From assembly GCF_009914755.1 (NCBI RefSeq), contig NC_060939.1: 64,000 bases of DNA; one strand, written 5' to 3'. The translations under genes were made by a program, and so were the position numbers. Each line of letters starts with the position of its first letter. Within the stretch, counting starts at the first letter, position 1. Positions 13,657-26,219 of the stretch are shown one piece after another. The notes beneath the pieces are model-generated. The model did not search any database. It saw nothing but the letters and a program-made list of their open reading frames with translations, and was not told the DNA's origin. Source of the DNA: the human T2T-CHM13v2.0 reference genome, Homo sapiens.

Positions 13657-16143
13657 CCCTTGACAAAAGTATCAAAAGAATTGCCTGCTGATGAAATAGG
13701 GGGAAGGAAGGAAGGATTTGAGGTACTACATTGGCTAGTAAAAAAGAATCCCCATTTAGCATGGGTAATCTTAGTGTGTGAATTGTTCGGAATGACTGAG
13801 ATGAGGGAGTGAAAATATATTCAGGGTGGACAGACATACCTTCACTTATGGCACCATGAATGAAATTTGAAGAAATAAATATAAAACATCTGATCTTTAA
13901 ATACAATGCCTGTAATTGATAACAGGTGAATAAATGGATCCTTCTCCTGTTATCAGTTATAGCAAATGTTTACCTCTGGATGCCAACCTGTGCTCCCAAA
14001 GTTTAGTGTGTTGGGGTTGAAGGTTTCTTTGAAAGTTTTTGACCTTTGTCCTTCCTGAATTGACTGGCTACAATTAAAATTTGTATTTTTTTTTGGATCA
14101 TTTTTTTCAGAGGTATTGGAAAAACATATACAAATATAAAAGAAAAAATAGAATCATTCTGAGTTTCTGTAACAAGAGTGTGTTTCCATGAGGGTGAGGT
14201 AATCATTCACAAAAGGACCTGTATTGAGCCATTGAGACAAGCCTAGTGGATACCCCTGGAGAAGCTTGGCTTTATTATTGATGTAAAGACACAGAAAAAT
14301 CTAATCTCCAGGTTATCATGGTGGCCTGAAAGTGCAAAGGCTCCACCTTGGTTTACAGTGGCATTTGTTTAGAGCTGTATTTCATTTTCTCTTGTTCAGA
14401 AATGAGGAAAATGATTTTCTCTAGAACAGCAGCAGAATAAGAAATGTTGGTTGATCCCAAATTAATTTTTGAAAAATAGTAACATTCCAAAAATACGTAA
14501 GCAAGATAAAAACTGCAGAATAATGTGGGCAGAAATATTTTTTAAAATTAGGATACACAGTCAGTTACATGGATTATTGTCTACCTAAGATGAGGTAAAA
14601 CAGTGTAGGTGCTTAGGGAAACCACAACTACAGTGACGTGAGAGGAAAATCTGTTCTATTGCCCCCACAGAGGTCTCTTCTGCAACACAATGAGCAGTAC
14701 ATAAGTCATTCTGATGTGCCAATGTGCTCCTGTCCTGTGTGCCATTGTTCTAAGTGGGAAACTGGGGTAGCAGGCCGAACAGCGTATTGAAATGAATGAG
14801 GGAGCATCTAGGCAGAAATAAGTTGCAGGGAGTTGGCCAGCCAGATACAGAACATGTTGTGATTTGAAGGCTGTTTCCTGAGGCATGAATCATGGGTTTT
14901 CTAGGCAGCAAAAGGCTTTTGGGCTAACAGAGAAGCTGGAGTTGTTAATGAAGAGTTCATGAGACCTAGTAGTACAAGAGAGGACTGAGAGTGATAATTT
15001 ACAGGCTTCTTCACCTGAGATTGGCTCAAGATTGGAATTGGCTTAAGCTGCAAAAGGAATTCATTAGTGGATTTCACCCCAGAGATTTGAGGTGATGCAG
15101 GCAGAGGAAATTAATTGAGAATAGAAAAGGAGATTAAAAAGGAAGTTCTTTAGTCGTATGACCTGTGATTGAACGTAAGAAGAAAGCTGAAGCATCGTTC
15201 AATACATTAGTCATGTTGCAATAGTTTTACTCTTTGCTATATTTATGATGTGATAGAGGTGAACATGACAAAGTCCTGCTCATGTTGAACTTAAAATGCA
15301 ATGAGGAAGACATCACTGAATGAAAAATTTTGAGGGCTGTTAGTCTTACAAAAGAGGTAATAGGTAGTGCTAGAGGAATATACAATGGAAGGAACTCTTC
15401 TGGACTCAGGTTCTGGGAGGCCTCCCTGGTAAAATGATGAAACTGAAAGCTGAGATGTTAAGAGGCAAAACATGAAGGACGAATATTGTATACAAAATGA
15501 TTAGCTAGTGGAAAGCCCCAGAGTTGATAGAATTTGAAGTTTCCAGGCAAGTAAAAGAAAACCAAATTGGATCTGGAGTTGCAGGGAAAGAGTATGTTAT
15601 TCTCTGAGACTGAAAAAAAGGAAGGAAGCCAGGTCTTGGATGGCCTACTATACCATGATAACATACCAGTTTAAGGGCACAGAAGCATGTGAAGTGTCTT
15701 TAGCAAAAGAATTACATACTTAGATTAAAAATTTTTTTTCTTTTACTGAAGCGTAGATAATAGGATTTTAAGTGGGAAGATCGCATAGGTGACTATATTC
15801 TCTTCCAAAAATGACATAGGTAGGCTTAGACAGGAATAGTGGTGTTACAGATGAAAATAAAGGAACATATGTAAGGCTCTTTGGAAGGTAGAATAAGACT
15901 TGATGATTTATTGATTTTGGGGTACTATGGAGAAAGAAATCTATTATTTTCCCCAGATTTTGGGTTGTGCAACTAGGTAACTAGTTGGTACAAATTATTG
16001 TGACTGAGAACACTGAAAGAAGAGTAGGTTTGAAAAGAGGAAGCCTAGTTTAGTTGCAGACTTGTTGAGTGGAAGATCTTGTGTGGCATCCAGGAAAGTA
16101 GGAGGTTAGATCTGTGGATCAGGAACTCAAGAAATAGTACCAG

Positions 16144-16337
16144 GGTCAGGTGCAATGGCTTGTCCCTGTATTCTCAGCTACTTGGGAGGCTGAAGCAGAC
16201 AGATTGCTTGAGGTCAGGAGTTTGAGACCAGCCTCAGCAACATAGTGAGACCCTGCCCCTTAAAAAAGAAAGAAAGAATGAAAGAAAGAAAAGGAAAGAA
16301 AAGGAGGAAGGAAGAAAGAAAGAAAGAAAGAAAAAAT
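16144..16337 (+). mobile_element. FLAM/Alu monomer with (GAAA)n tail
   Basis: Diverged left Alu monomer followed by a GA-rich simple repeat. Confidence 0.85.
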
Positions 16338-17680
16338 AGAAGGTTTGAGAGCCCCTAGTGTTTAGATGGTAATTAAAGCTGTGGGAATGGGTGATACGTA
16401 GGGATAGAATCTAAGTGAAAACAGGCCAAAGATCAAATTAGGGGCAATAGGTTGATTGGTGGTTAAGCAGATGAGGAACACTCAACAAAAGACACAGGGA
16501 AGGACTTGCCCAGGAGGTAGGAGAAAAAGCCAGGAAGCTGTGGTGTTCCAGAAGCCCGGTAGAGTATATGAAGATGGGGGAGATTAGCAGCAATTAAGAG
16601 AAGAAATTCCCATTCATATGAGTGATAAAGCAATTAAGTAGAATAACTTAGGAAGGTTCTTGGAGAGTCACAGGACAAAATAGCATAGGTACGGTTTCTC
16701 TTAATTGAGCTGTTATAATTTACAAAGCAGTAGAAACAAATACATGAAAAAAGTATGTGTAACTTCAATAGAGTTTTTATTTTGAATGCAGAAATCTTCA
16801 ATGAAATTGAATATGCCTCACCATGTCTAGCTTTATTCTTATCCCAAAATATCAACCACAGATGCATAAGCTCCAGGGAATCTTTTGCCTGACTAGAAAA
16901 CCTTATTTAAGAAACCAGTACCTCTAAACACATATCCTTGGGCGATTAGTCTCCTGTGAAACAACTGTTATTTCTACACATCTATTTAGAATAAACTTGG
17001 ATGATTGACTTTTGGAATGTTCTCATTTTTAGAATAATAGAGATGTAGGAAAAAGTGAAAATGCTCTGTCTGTATCTATTTAAAGTCTTGACAGCATTAA
17101 AGAAATTTATTCTCTTCCTGCAATCACTCAAATCTGAGCACAAAACTGAAATAGCATCGTAAACTGACAAAGCTCAAGGTAAAGTCAAATCTCAGTTCAG
17201 GGCTTTGCACACGTATTACATAGTTGTTTTTGTTTCTTATTCTAATTTAAACAGAAATTAAAATGGAAATTTTAAAAATATACTTTATTAATTTATAATT
17301 TACCTAAGTTCACATTTTATTTATTCCATCTATATGCTTACTATGAGATAAATTTATTATGTTTTGAAGCTGAAAGTAATTACAATTAGCATGTCTCAGA
17401 AAATGTCATTCAGGAAATAGTATTTGAATATCAAGTTTACTCCTGCAAATCAGCTTGGTTTTGTATTCTTATCTCTCTTCTCAATGGAAGTATATGAAAT
17501 TAATCTCTTCTCTGTGGTGGCAAGTTAAAGATACCTCTGACTTAATCAATTTCTACATGGCACCTTTGCTAAACTATCTCCCAAAATAGTAGTTCTTATC
17601 ACAATAATGCTGGTAGCCATGTGACTTTCAGTGTTCTTGGTGAGACTGAATCATCTTGCACTCTGGATATGCACCATTTA

Positions 17681-18595
17681 TTATGACATCCTGCTAGAAC
17701 CTGCAATCCATTTTCCCAGTCTTTCCATGGAGACGTTCATGTCTTTGTTTCTTAATGTGTAGATCCTAGACAGGGGTGATAGCAAAAGGAACAATGAACA
17801 AATATTAATCATGTGTTGTTTTAGGCAAAGGCTACACATAGAGAAATATACATGGCATAAAAAACAAAATCCCTACTGTGATGTGATCTAACATGACACA
17901 AATGCTTTAGATAAGTCTCCTGAAGAAGGATTCTAGACGGTTACCGAAATGAAAATATAGGATATTATTAATAAGAAACAGGTAGCTATGGATATAAGCC
18001 CACTGTTAGCAGTGACTACAACCTCTAGTTTGTAAGTGTCTACACAAGCAAGTTTCATGACATAAGGAAAATCACAGTGAAAACTACCTACTCTATTAGG
18101 GCCACAAAAAGGCAAGTTTATGGCAAAAACAAACTGAGATACAGCATGGATTATCCTGACTATCCAGGATGCCTCCAACAAAGTAAACACACATTTTGGG
18201 GTTCATTGTGGTCAGGTAATGGGGAGGCTTACAGATTGGCAGTGTACCTGCTCTATGCCATGGTTATGAGCAGCACCATCTCAATTTTTACGCATGACAC
18301 AAATGAAAAATATCTGTATCATGCATCTTGGAAAAGAAATGATGCTGCAGTTAGTGAAAAAGTCAGAACTGTAGGAGAAGACCCAGATCAAGAAGATAAA
18401 TGTTGGCCAGTAGGCAGTACCTGGGGAATTTAAATGAGAGTCAATAATTACTGTGAACACAATGAAGAGATTTTCCAGGATAATTCCCATGTAGAACACA
18501 GAGAAGAACCAAAAAAGAAAAGGATGCATCTCCCAAGAGCTTGAAAGTCCAATCAATACAAATTTAGATACCGCAGAATTATTTACTCTATCCAT
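17681..18595 (-). pseudogene. OR4G6P: OR4G-type olfactory receptor pseudogene (OR4G6P/OR4G4P-like), multiply frameshifted
   Basis: OR fragments in different frames: MDRVNNSAVSKFVLIGL, LPFCGPNRVGSFHCDFP and IYTLRNKDM...SRMS* ending at 17681. Confidence 0.85.
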
Positions 18596-18805
18596 TGGCC
18601 ATTGACTCAGTCAGTAGAGAAGAAGCTTTAGTATTCTGAAGGAAGAAAGTGAGGAAGAATTGAGAAATACAAATGCTACACGTTGAAGTGTTGTTTGACC
18701 ATAAATGATTTTGTGGGAAATATGTGGCAAGTGCTGAAATATGAAGACAGAAAACACACAAAGAGAGAAAATGAAAGAAAGATAAATGAATTGGGGAAAT
18801 GCGGT

Positions 18806-18908
18806 GATCATAAGTTATTTATTAATTTATTAATCATGTGATGATAAGTTATTAATTATTAATAACAATTAGATCATAAGTTATTTATTAATTATTAATA
18901 ACTATTAG
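18806..18908. repeat. AT-rich imperfect tandem repeat, about 3 copies of GATCATAAGTTATTTATTAATTATTAATAAC
   Basis: Directly visible. Confidence 0.75.
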
Positions 18909-19167
18909 ACAAGAACAGCAAAGAAAAAAATCATGTGGGAATATGGCAGGTGGAGTGAAGGATTAGAGGGGCAAAGAATATAATTTCCGTAACGGAGTGC
19001 TTCTTTACCATGCGCATCGTGCAGTAATTACGGCTGCTTCAGTCTTACTCACCCATGTTCAACACAACGTCGTCCACGTAAGAAACAGTCACCGTATTTG
19101 AAATGCTAATAGCCTTAATTGTATTTATCTGCATGTACCCTTAGAGGATGTACTCTCTGATCAATCT

Positions 19168-19462
19168 TCTTTTTTTTTTTTTGAGGCGGAGTCTCGCTGG
19201 GTCGCCCAGGCTGGAGTGCGGTGGCGCCATCTCGGCTCACTGCAGGCTCCGCCTCCCGGTTCCCGCCATGCTCCCGCCTCGGCCTCCCCAGCAGCTGGGA
19301 CCGCAGGCGCCCGCCACCGCGCCCGGCTAACTTTTTGTATTTTTAGTGGAGACGGGGTTTCCCCGTGTTAGCCGGGATGGTCTCGATCTCCTGACCTCGT
19401 GATCCGCCCGCCTCGGCCTCCCAAAGTGCTGGGATGACAGGCGCGAGCCCCCGCGCCCGGCC
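19168..19462 (-). mobile_element. AluY, unusually GC-enriched
   Basis: Full-length antisense AluY; TSD TCTGATC(A/C)ATCT at 19156-19167 and 19463-19474. Confidence 0.95.
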
Positions 19463-20528
19463 TCTGATCCATCTCTTACTTCACACAGTCTCAGGCATTA
19501 ATCACACACTAAGAGTGACTGGCCAATGAGGGAAAGAGCAATTAATCTCAGAGGTACAGTAGCATAAAATGCAAAGACTTACTCTTCCGCTGGTTTTCCA
19601 ATACGTGTGATTCCAGCCAATCACTTGTTGACTTGTTGGAGGAATAAGACTCACTTTAAATAAAGTGAAACTCAACCCCCACAAAAAAGAGTATCTGAAA
19701 CTCAGAGAGAGGGCTTTTCCATGCTTTGTTAGGAATCAGAGTTGGTGCTTTTGAGAGTTCTGCTCTAGGATTAATACCTTTGACAATTTGAATATGAAGT
19801 TGGGAAATAATGGTGTCTTTACTAAAACAAAATATTTAATCATGATACACTAAAAGCACGTAAAAACTACAGGCCCACAGAGCCACAGAGATAAAGGTCA
19901 CGATAGCTGGTCATCAAATATTTGAACTTTGTCCCATTAAGATATTTTTAAAGGTCAGTAAAATTGATACCAACTACACTTTAGAGAGAACATCTGTTAT
20001 TATCACTACTTGTAAGTAGAAAGTTTGAAGATATCTATCCATAACATATTTGGATCCATTCATTATGTGATGTAAAGTGAAAAATTAGAAGTACATTTAA
20101 GAGTGACATATGAGAAAATCATTAAATAATGCAGAAAGGGGTAATTAAGATTCATACCAAAATGAACGTAGCCATTATAGACGATACAGATTTAGGTTTG
20201 TTGACAAGTCCAGTAAATTGTTAATGACAAAAGTTGGTTACAAAAGGATATGTCTTATGTAATATACTCTTTATTTGAATACACTGTAAAATATGTAAGT
20301 ATATACATCAGCATCTCTAGAGAACCACTTTGGATAATGGCATTTTAGGTAACCTTAATATTAAAAAGGTTGACCATCTATATTTTGTTATTTTCTATAT
20401 TGTTATTTTTCTTTTATGAGAAGGAAATGAAAGGAAAGCAATAGGAGAGAAAGAAGAGCAAGGAAAGGAAAGGAAAAAGAAAAGAATACTGTGAGATTTA
20501 TGGAGGGAGTGAAATTTTCTCTCTCTCC

Positions 20529-20534
<6 letters not shown>

Positions 20535-20567
<33 letters not shown>
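20535..20567. repeat. (CA)n microsatellite
   Basis: Directly visible. Confidence 0.95.
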
Positions 20568-20568
<1 letters not shown>

Positions 20569-21509
20569 AGTTAGAGACAGATGTTTTGTGGCATTGGTTT
20601 CATAACTTTATTATCCTTTGTTAAATCACCATTCTCAATTAGTGAATGACAGTTATTGGGTGCATTATGAAAAAATACCCGGGTGTTCTATGCCAAATTT
20701 TAACCAGAATTCTACATGCTAATTTGTTTAGAAAAAAATGAATACATGGAATGAATTTTGAGTTAGGGAATATAAATGATAACTGGATGGCATTTTACAG
20801 AATCCTTGGGTGTCCCAGTTATTTAGAACAGTGAGTCCTACACTGAAAACAATAGGAAAACACTCTTATAAGCCATACCTTCATTTTGCCAATTAAATTT
20901 TATTATTAAATAATTTTTTCCTATGTTTTCTAAAAGAGATAAGACTGAATGAAACAATCATCCTAAAGAGAAAAGCTAGAATTGTGTAGTGGCATCAGGC
21001 TTACTAGTAACTCTAAATACTACTATGTCGTGGCGATTAACCTGTTTATAGAGGATCCTATCTTTTGTTCAAGACTTATCAGGAGTTGGTTCTAACATTC
21101 AGTTAGTTTGCCCTGAAATATTGAATTCATGCTCAGAGCAGTGAGAAAAGAGTGTATTCAAATAAGTTGAAAGAGAAAACATTTAGTGTTTTGTTTTGTT
21201 TGTTTGTTTTGCTTTTTTAGAAAACATTAAAGAATCAGGAATCCTCCTAAGGGAGAGTACCTTAAGAGTTGGTTGCTATCCTTGCTGGATATCTTGGCTT
21301 TAACACTAATAAGTGGGTAACCTTTTCAAACAGATAATGTAGAAAATCAGATAGAATGTGTGTCTCCTGACTTCAGTGATTGAAGATTCTCTCTGCCCTA
21401 AGGAACTAAGGGAAATCGTAACTTTTCTGAGACCAAAAACACAAAGAGACAATAATACTTAAAATTAATTTCACCAGTGCCTTGTTAACTGATGTATCAT
21501 ATGCATGGA

Positions 21510-22630
21510 TTTTTCTTTTTTTCTTTTTTTTTTTGACTTTTATTTTAGGTTCGGGGGTACACGTGAAGGTTTGTTACATAGGTAAACTCATGTCCTGGGG
21601 GTTCGTTGTACAGATTGTTTCATCCCCCAGGTAGCGCCCGGTAGTCAGTAGTTATCTTTTCTGCTCCTCTCCCTCTTCCCGTCGTCCTCAAGTAGACCCC
21701 ACTGCCTGTTGTTTCCTTCTTTGTGTTTACAAGTTCTCATCATTTATCTCACGCTCATAAGTGAGAACATGTGGTATTTGGATTTCTGTTCCTGCCTTAG
21801 CTTGCTAAGGATAGTAGCCTCCAGCTCCATCCATGTTCCTGTCAAAGACATGATCTTGTTCTTTTTTATGGCTGCATAGTAATCCACGGTGTATCAGTAC
21901 CACACTTTCTTTATCCAGTCTGTTACTGATGGGCATTTAAGTTGATTCCATGTCTCTGCTATTGTGAGTAGTGCTGCAATGAACATTCTCATGCATGCGT
22001 CTTTATGGTAGAACGATTTATATTCTTCTGGGTATATACCCAGTAATGGAATTGCTGGGTTGAATGACAGTTCTGTTTTTGGCTTTTTGAGGAATCGCCA
22101 TCCCATGCTGCTTTCCACAATGGTTGAAATAATTTACAGTCCCACCAACAGTGTATAAGTGTTCCCTTTTCTCTGTAACCTCACCGATATCTGTTATTTT
22201 TGACTTTTTAATAATAGCCATTCTGCCTGGTATGAGATGATATCTCAATATGGTTTTGATTTGCATTTCTCTAATGCTCAGTATATTGAGCTTTTTTTTC
22301 ATATGCTTGTTAACCATATGTATATCTTCTTTTGAGAGTGTCTATTCATGTTCTTTGCCCACTTTTTAATGGGGTTGTTTTTGTCTTGTAAATTTAAGTT
22401 CCTTATAGCTGCCAGATATTAGATTTTTGTCAGACTTACAGTTGGCAAATATTTTCTCCCATTCTGTAGGTTGTCTGTTTACTTTGTTGGTAGCTTCTTT
22501 TGCTGTGCAGAAGCTATTGTTTTATTAGGTTCCACTTCTCAATTTTTGCTTTTGTTGTGATTGGTTTCCGTGTCTTTGTCATGAAATCTTTGCCCGTTCC
22601 TATGTCCAGGATGGTGTTGCCTAAGTTTTA
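21510..22630 (-). mobile_element. L1PA/L1PB 3' portion (ORF2 C-terminus and 3' UTR)
   Basis: Minus-strand ORF pieces IREMQIKTILRYHL and NPAIPLLGIYP are the L1 ORF2 C-terminus; poly-T at the left end. Confidence 0.9.
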
Positions 22631-23190
22631 GCTCTATTCATAACTACCTTAGTTCATTGTGATAGAGGCCCTTTTCAGAACTGATAGACACAGTTTCATT
22701 AAACCATTTTCATTCTGATAATTACCCCTTTAATTCTTGGCCCAGGCATTGACTAAGATTATCAAATGCTTTATCAAATATGGCATACAGAGGGAATGGC
22801 CCCAGCATTCTCTATATGAGGACAGAAAATCACTTCCCCCCACTTTCCATTAGGAAAATGTAACGCACACGATGTGAACATGTTTGGTCTCCGCAGTGGG
22901 AAATGTGACATATCATATGACATAAGGAAGGTGACAAGAGATAACAGATCCTTATAATACTAATTCTCCAAAGAGAGACAGTACAAATGTCAATGCATTT
23001 AGAAATCTCTCCTTTAACGGGTGTAATATAATTTAGTGATTAAGATTGTAAGAATAATGCTCTGAGGATTGAAATAATTGGAGATAGGAGGAAAACAGAA
23101 AAGTGGAGGAGATAGAAGGTTGAAGGGAAATGTAAGAAGAGAGAGATTGCCTTGACATTGCTAAACTTTGGGAGCGTTTTTCTGACCTAC

Positions 23191-23425
23191 CTGTTCTGTT
23201 CCAGGGTGTGCAGTAGTGACACTGGGAAACTGATCATTTTGATTTCTGCTTTCTAGTAGAATCAGCTCCAAGACAAAAGTATATATACATTTTCTTCCCA
23301 ATGATTAACAGAGTTAATTAGTACCACTAGATGTTAGTGACCCATTGATGCTTCTTAGATCCTTGTAACCAGGCCTCCATTGATTTCTCTTGGGAACCAG
23401 ATCTATGAGTCATATTAATTTTCTC
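23191..23425 (-). promoter_or_regulatory. Putative promoter and first exon of the second OR4G pseudogene, module copy B
   Basis: CAG|GTAGGT donor at 23191, TATATATA near 23280, TAATTA 23315, TCTCTTGGGA 23386, TGAGTCA 23406. Colinear with 13428-13656. Confidence 0.55.
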
Positions 23426-23949
23426 AAGAGAAAAAATATCAGAAGAGTTACTTGGTGATGGAAAGTAAGGAAAAAAAGAAAAATGCAGGAAATATGTTCC
23501 CTCTAGGACAGGAAAGTGATACCATGAGCTTACTTAGATTAACTGAGTTGAGGGAAACTAAGACGTCATCCACCATTGTTGAAGATGCCCTCATTCATGG
23601 TGTGGGGGTCAGTGAGCTTAATGTGTGTCAAGATATTCTTTTAGAAACAAGGAAGAGAGCTTTAATGCAATGGTGATATTCGTATAACTATTCTTGATTT
23701 CTTCCCATTCAACACTTTTTTTTTTACTTCATTGGATAGGGATGACTGAAACCAACACTTTTATCATCTGTTAACTATTCCAAAATTTATCATTCAACAC
23801 TGAAAATGTGTTGTATAAATGAATGAATGTATGTCTTCGTGTAACCATTCTTTCCTTAAAACATACCGAGTTCTGACTAAATATAAGGGACATGGAGCCA
23901 TGCTTAACTGTTGAGCAAAATAAAAGGGCTCAAAAGTGTTTCTCTAGAT

Positions 23950-24160
23950 CTGGAGGTGGTAAATTTGACTCATGGGACAAATCTTTTGTAAATAAAGTTT
24001 CACTGGAACCCAGTCACACTCATTTGTTTCTGTATTGTCTGTTGACAGTTTTTATGCTACAATAAGAGTTGAGTAGTTATGACAGACACTCTAGGGCCTG
24101 TAGAGCCTATAATATTTACTTTTGGCCTTTTACGGAAGAAGTTTACTGACCTTATCCTAG
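23950..24160. mobile_element. MER58A-like hAT-Charlie element
   Basis: TTTGTAAATAAAGTTT..TGGAAC..AG.CAC.CTCATTTG...GAGTTGAGTAGTT..GACAGA...AATATTTACT..TGGCC.TTTAC is typical of MER58A. Confidence 0.75.
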
Positions 24161-24549
24161 ATCAAGGAAGTTTGGCAGAGGAAGAGGGTATGGTAGAAGC
24201 ACCATCCATATCTATCTTCATCATCTTCATATATAGTTGGGAGTAAAGATGCAGATGAAAGTTGAGAAGGTAAGGTTCTTGAAGTCCTGTAAACCCTGCC
24301 TCCAGACACATTGTCTGGAATCAGGATGTCTACATGATTGCAGGGCTAATGTAAACTGAATTTGTGAGGACTTCGGTTAAAAAAATTGTTAAGAATTTCA
24401 AGGCAGAAACAGCAGAGCATTAAAAAAAGTGTAGGATCCTTTTAAGTGTGGGATCTTGTTCAACTGCACAGGACACACACTTGTGAAGCTGATGTTGTCT
24501 GCAATAATGCTAAGAATCTTAAAGTGTTGAATTAGAAGTTAATACAACT

Positions 24550-24640
24550 GGGCAAACCGCTCGGGTCCCCTTCCACACTGTGGAAGCTTTGTTCTTTCAC
24601 TCTTCACAATAAATCTTGCTGCTGCTCAAAAAAAAAAAAA
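24550..24640 (+). mobile_element. Polyadenylated LTR12 (ERV9) R-region retrocopy
   Basis: CGCTCGGGTCCCCTTCCACACTGTGGAAGCTTTGTTCTTTC..AATAAATCTTGCTGCTGCTC plus A13; 13-bp TSD AGTTAATACAACT. Confidence 0.85.
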
Positions 24641-25284
24641 TAGTTAATACAACTCTGAGCACTCAGTACATAAAGTTTCCTTTCCAGTTGCTGAAGGAAT
24701 TTATAGTGGCCCGTACCCTGTACATTAACACATGAATGAGAGAAATGAGTGCATGAATATTTTGAACAGTGTGACTTAAGTGAGGTACGAACCTCAAAAA
24801 GACGTTTTTTAAAAATTTTAAATTTTAACTGCTATATTTCTTTTTGATAACAAGTTATATATCTTTATGGTGTGTAATGTGATGTTTTGATACATATGTA
24901 TATTTATCGTGAAACAGTGACCACCATCAAGCTAATTAACGTAATTCATCATCTGACATAATTATCTTAGTCATTGCTTTGCAGAGTATGAGTGTCTGTT
25001 TCCTCACAGGCTCATCCATGATATATTATTATTTATGAAAACACAATAGCAATGCTATATTTTAAAATTTACATTTCTTTGATAAAAAGTGAGTTTGAAT
25101 ATTCTTCATATGTTTATTTTTTATTTGGATTTCTTGTTTTGTCCATAGTCTTTTTATGCTTATTTTAAATTTGGTTTAAATTATATTTAAAAACCATTTT
25201 CCCACATTTGTTTTTACTTTAATGAATTAATTCTTCTGTATAATTTTTTTAATCTGAAAATGTCAGCTTTTTTGTTTCTCATTT

Positions 25285-26176
25285 TTAAAAATTATTTTTT
25301 AATTGACAAAAATTATATATATTTGTGGAATACAGTGTGATGTTTTAATATATGTGTATGTTGTTGAATGAATAAATCAAGTTAATTAACACATATATTA
25401 CCTCATATTAACATTTATAATATACTGTATTAGCAATTTTCAAGCATACAATACATTATTAATTACAGTCAACATGTCGTATATTGGGTCCCCTGAATGT
25501 AATCCTACTAATTGAATTTTTTTTCCTTTTATTAACAATGTCCCATTTCCTCATCCTCTCCCTGCCAGATAACCCTAGTAACCATCATACTATTCTCTGC
25601 TTCTATGAGTTCAGATTTTTTAGATTCTAAGTGAGATCATGCAATATTTGTCTTTCTGTGTCTAGCTTATTTCACTTAGCTTAATGTCCTCTAGGTTCAT
25701 CCACGTTGTCTCAAATGACAGAATTTCCTACTGTTTTTAAGGCTGAATAATTTTCCATATCACATTTCATTTATCCATTCATCTGTCTATGAACAGTTAG
25801 GTTGATTCTATATCTTGGCCATTGTGAACATGCTGCAATAACATAGGAGTGCAGATATCCCTTTGACATATTGATTTCAATTCCTTTGGCTATATACCCA
25901 GAAGTAGGATTCTTGGATCATGTGATAGTTCTATTTTTAATTTGTACATGATACAAGGGTTCCCTTTTCTATCATCCTCTCTGATAGTTGCTATCTTTCA
26001 TCTTTTTGATAAGAGCCATTCTAACAGGTTTGAGGGGACATCTCATTTTGGTTTTAATTAGTACTTCCCTGACAAATAGTGATGTTGAGCATTTTTTGAT
26101 GTATCTGTGGCCCTTTGTATGTTGTCTCCTGAGAAATGTCTATTCCTGTCCTCTGCCGATTTTTAAATAATTTATT

Positions 26177-26219
<43 letters not shown>

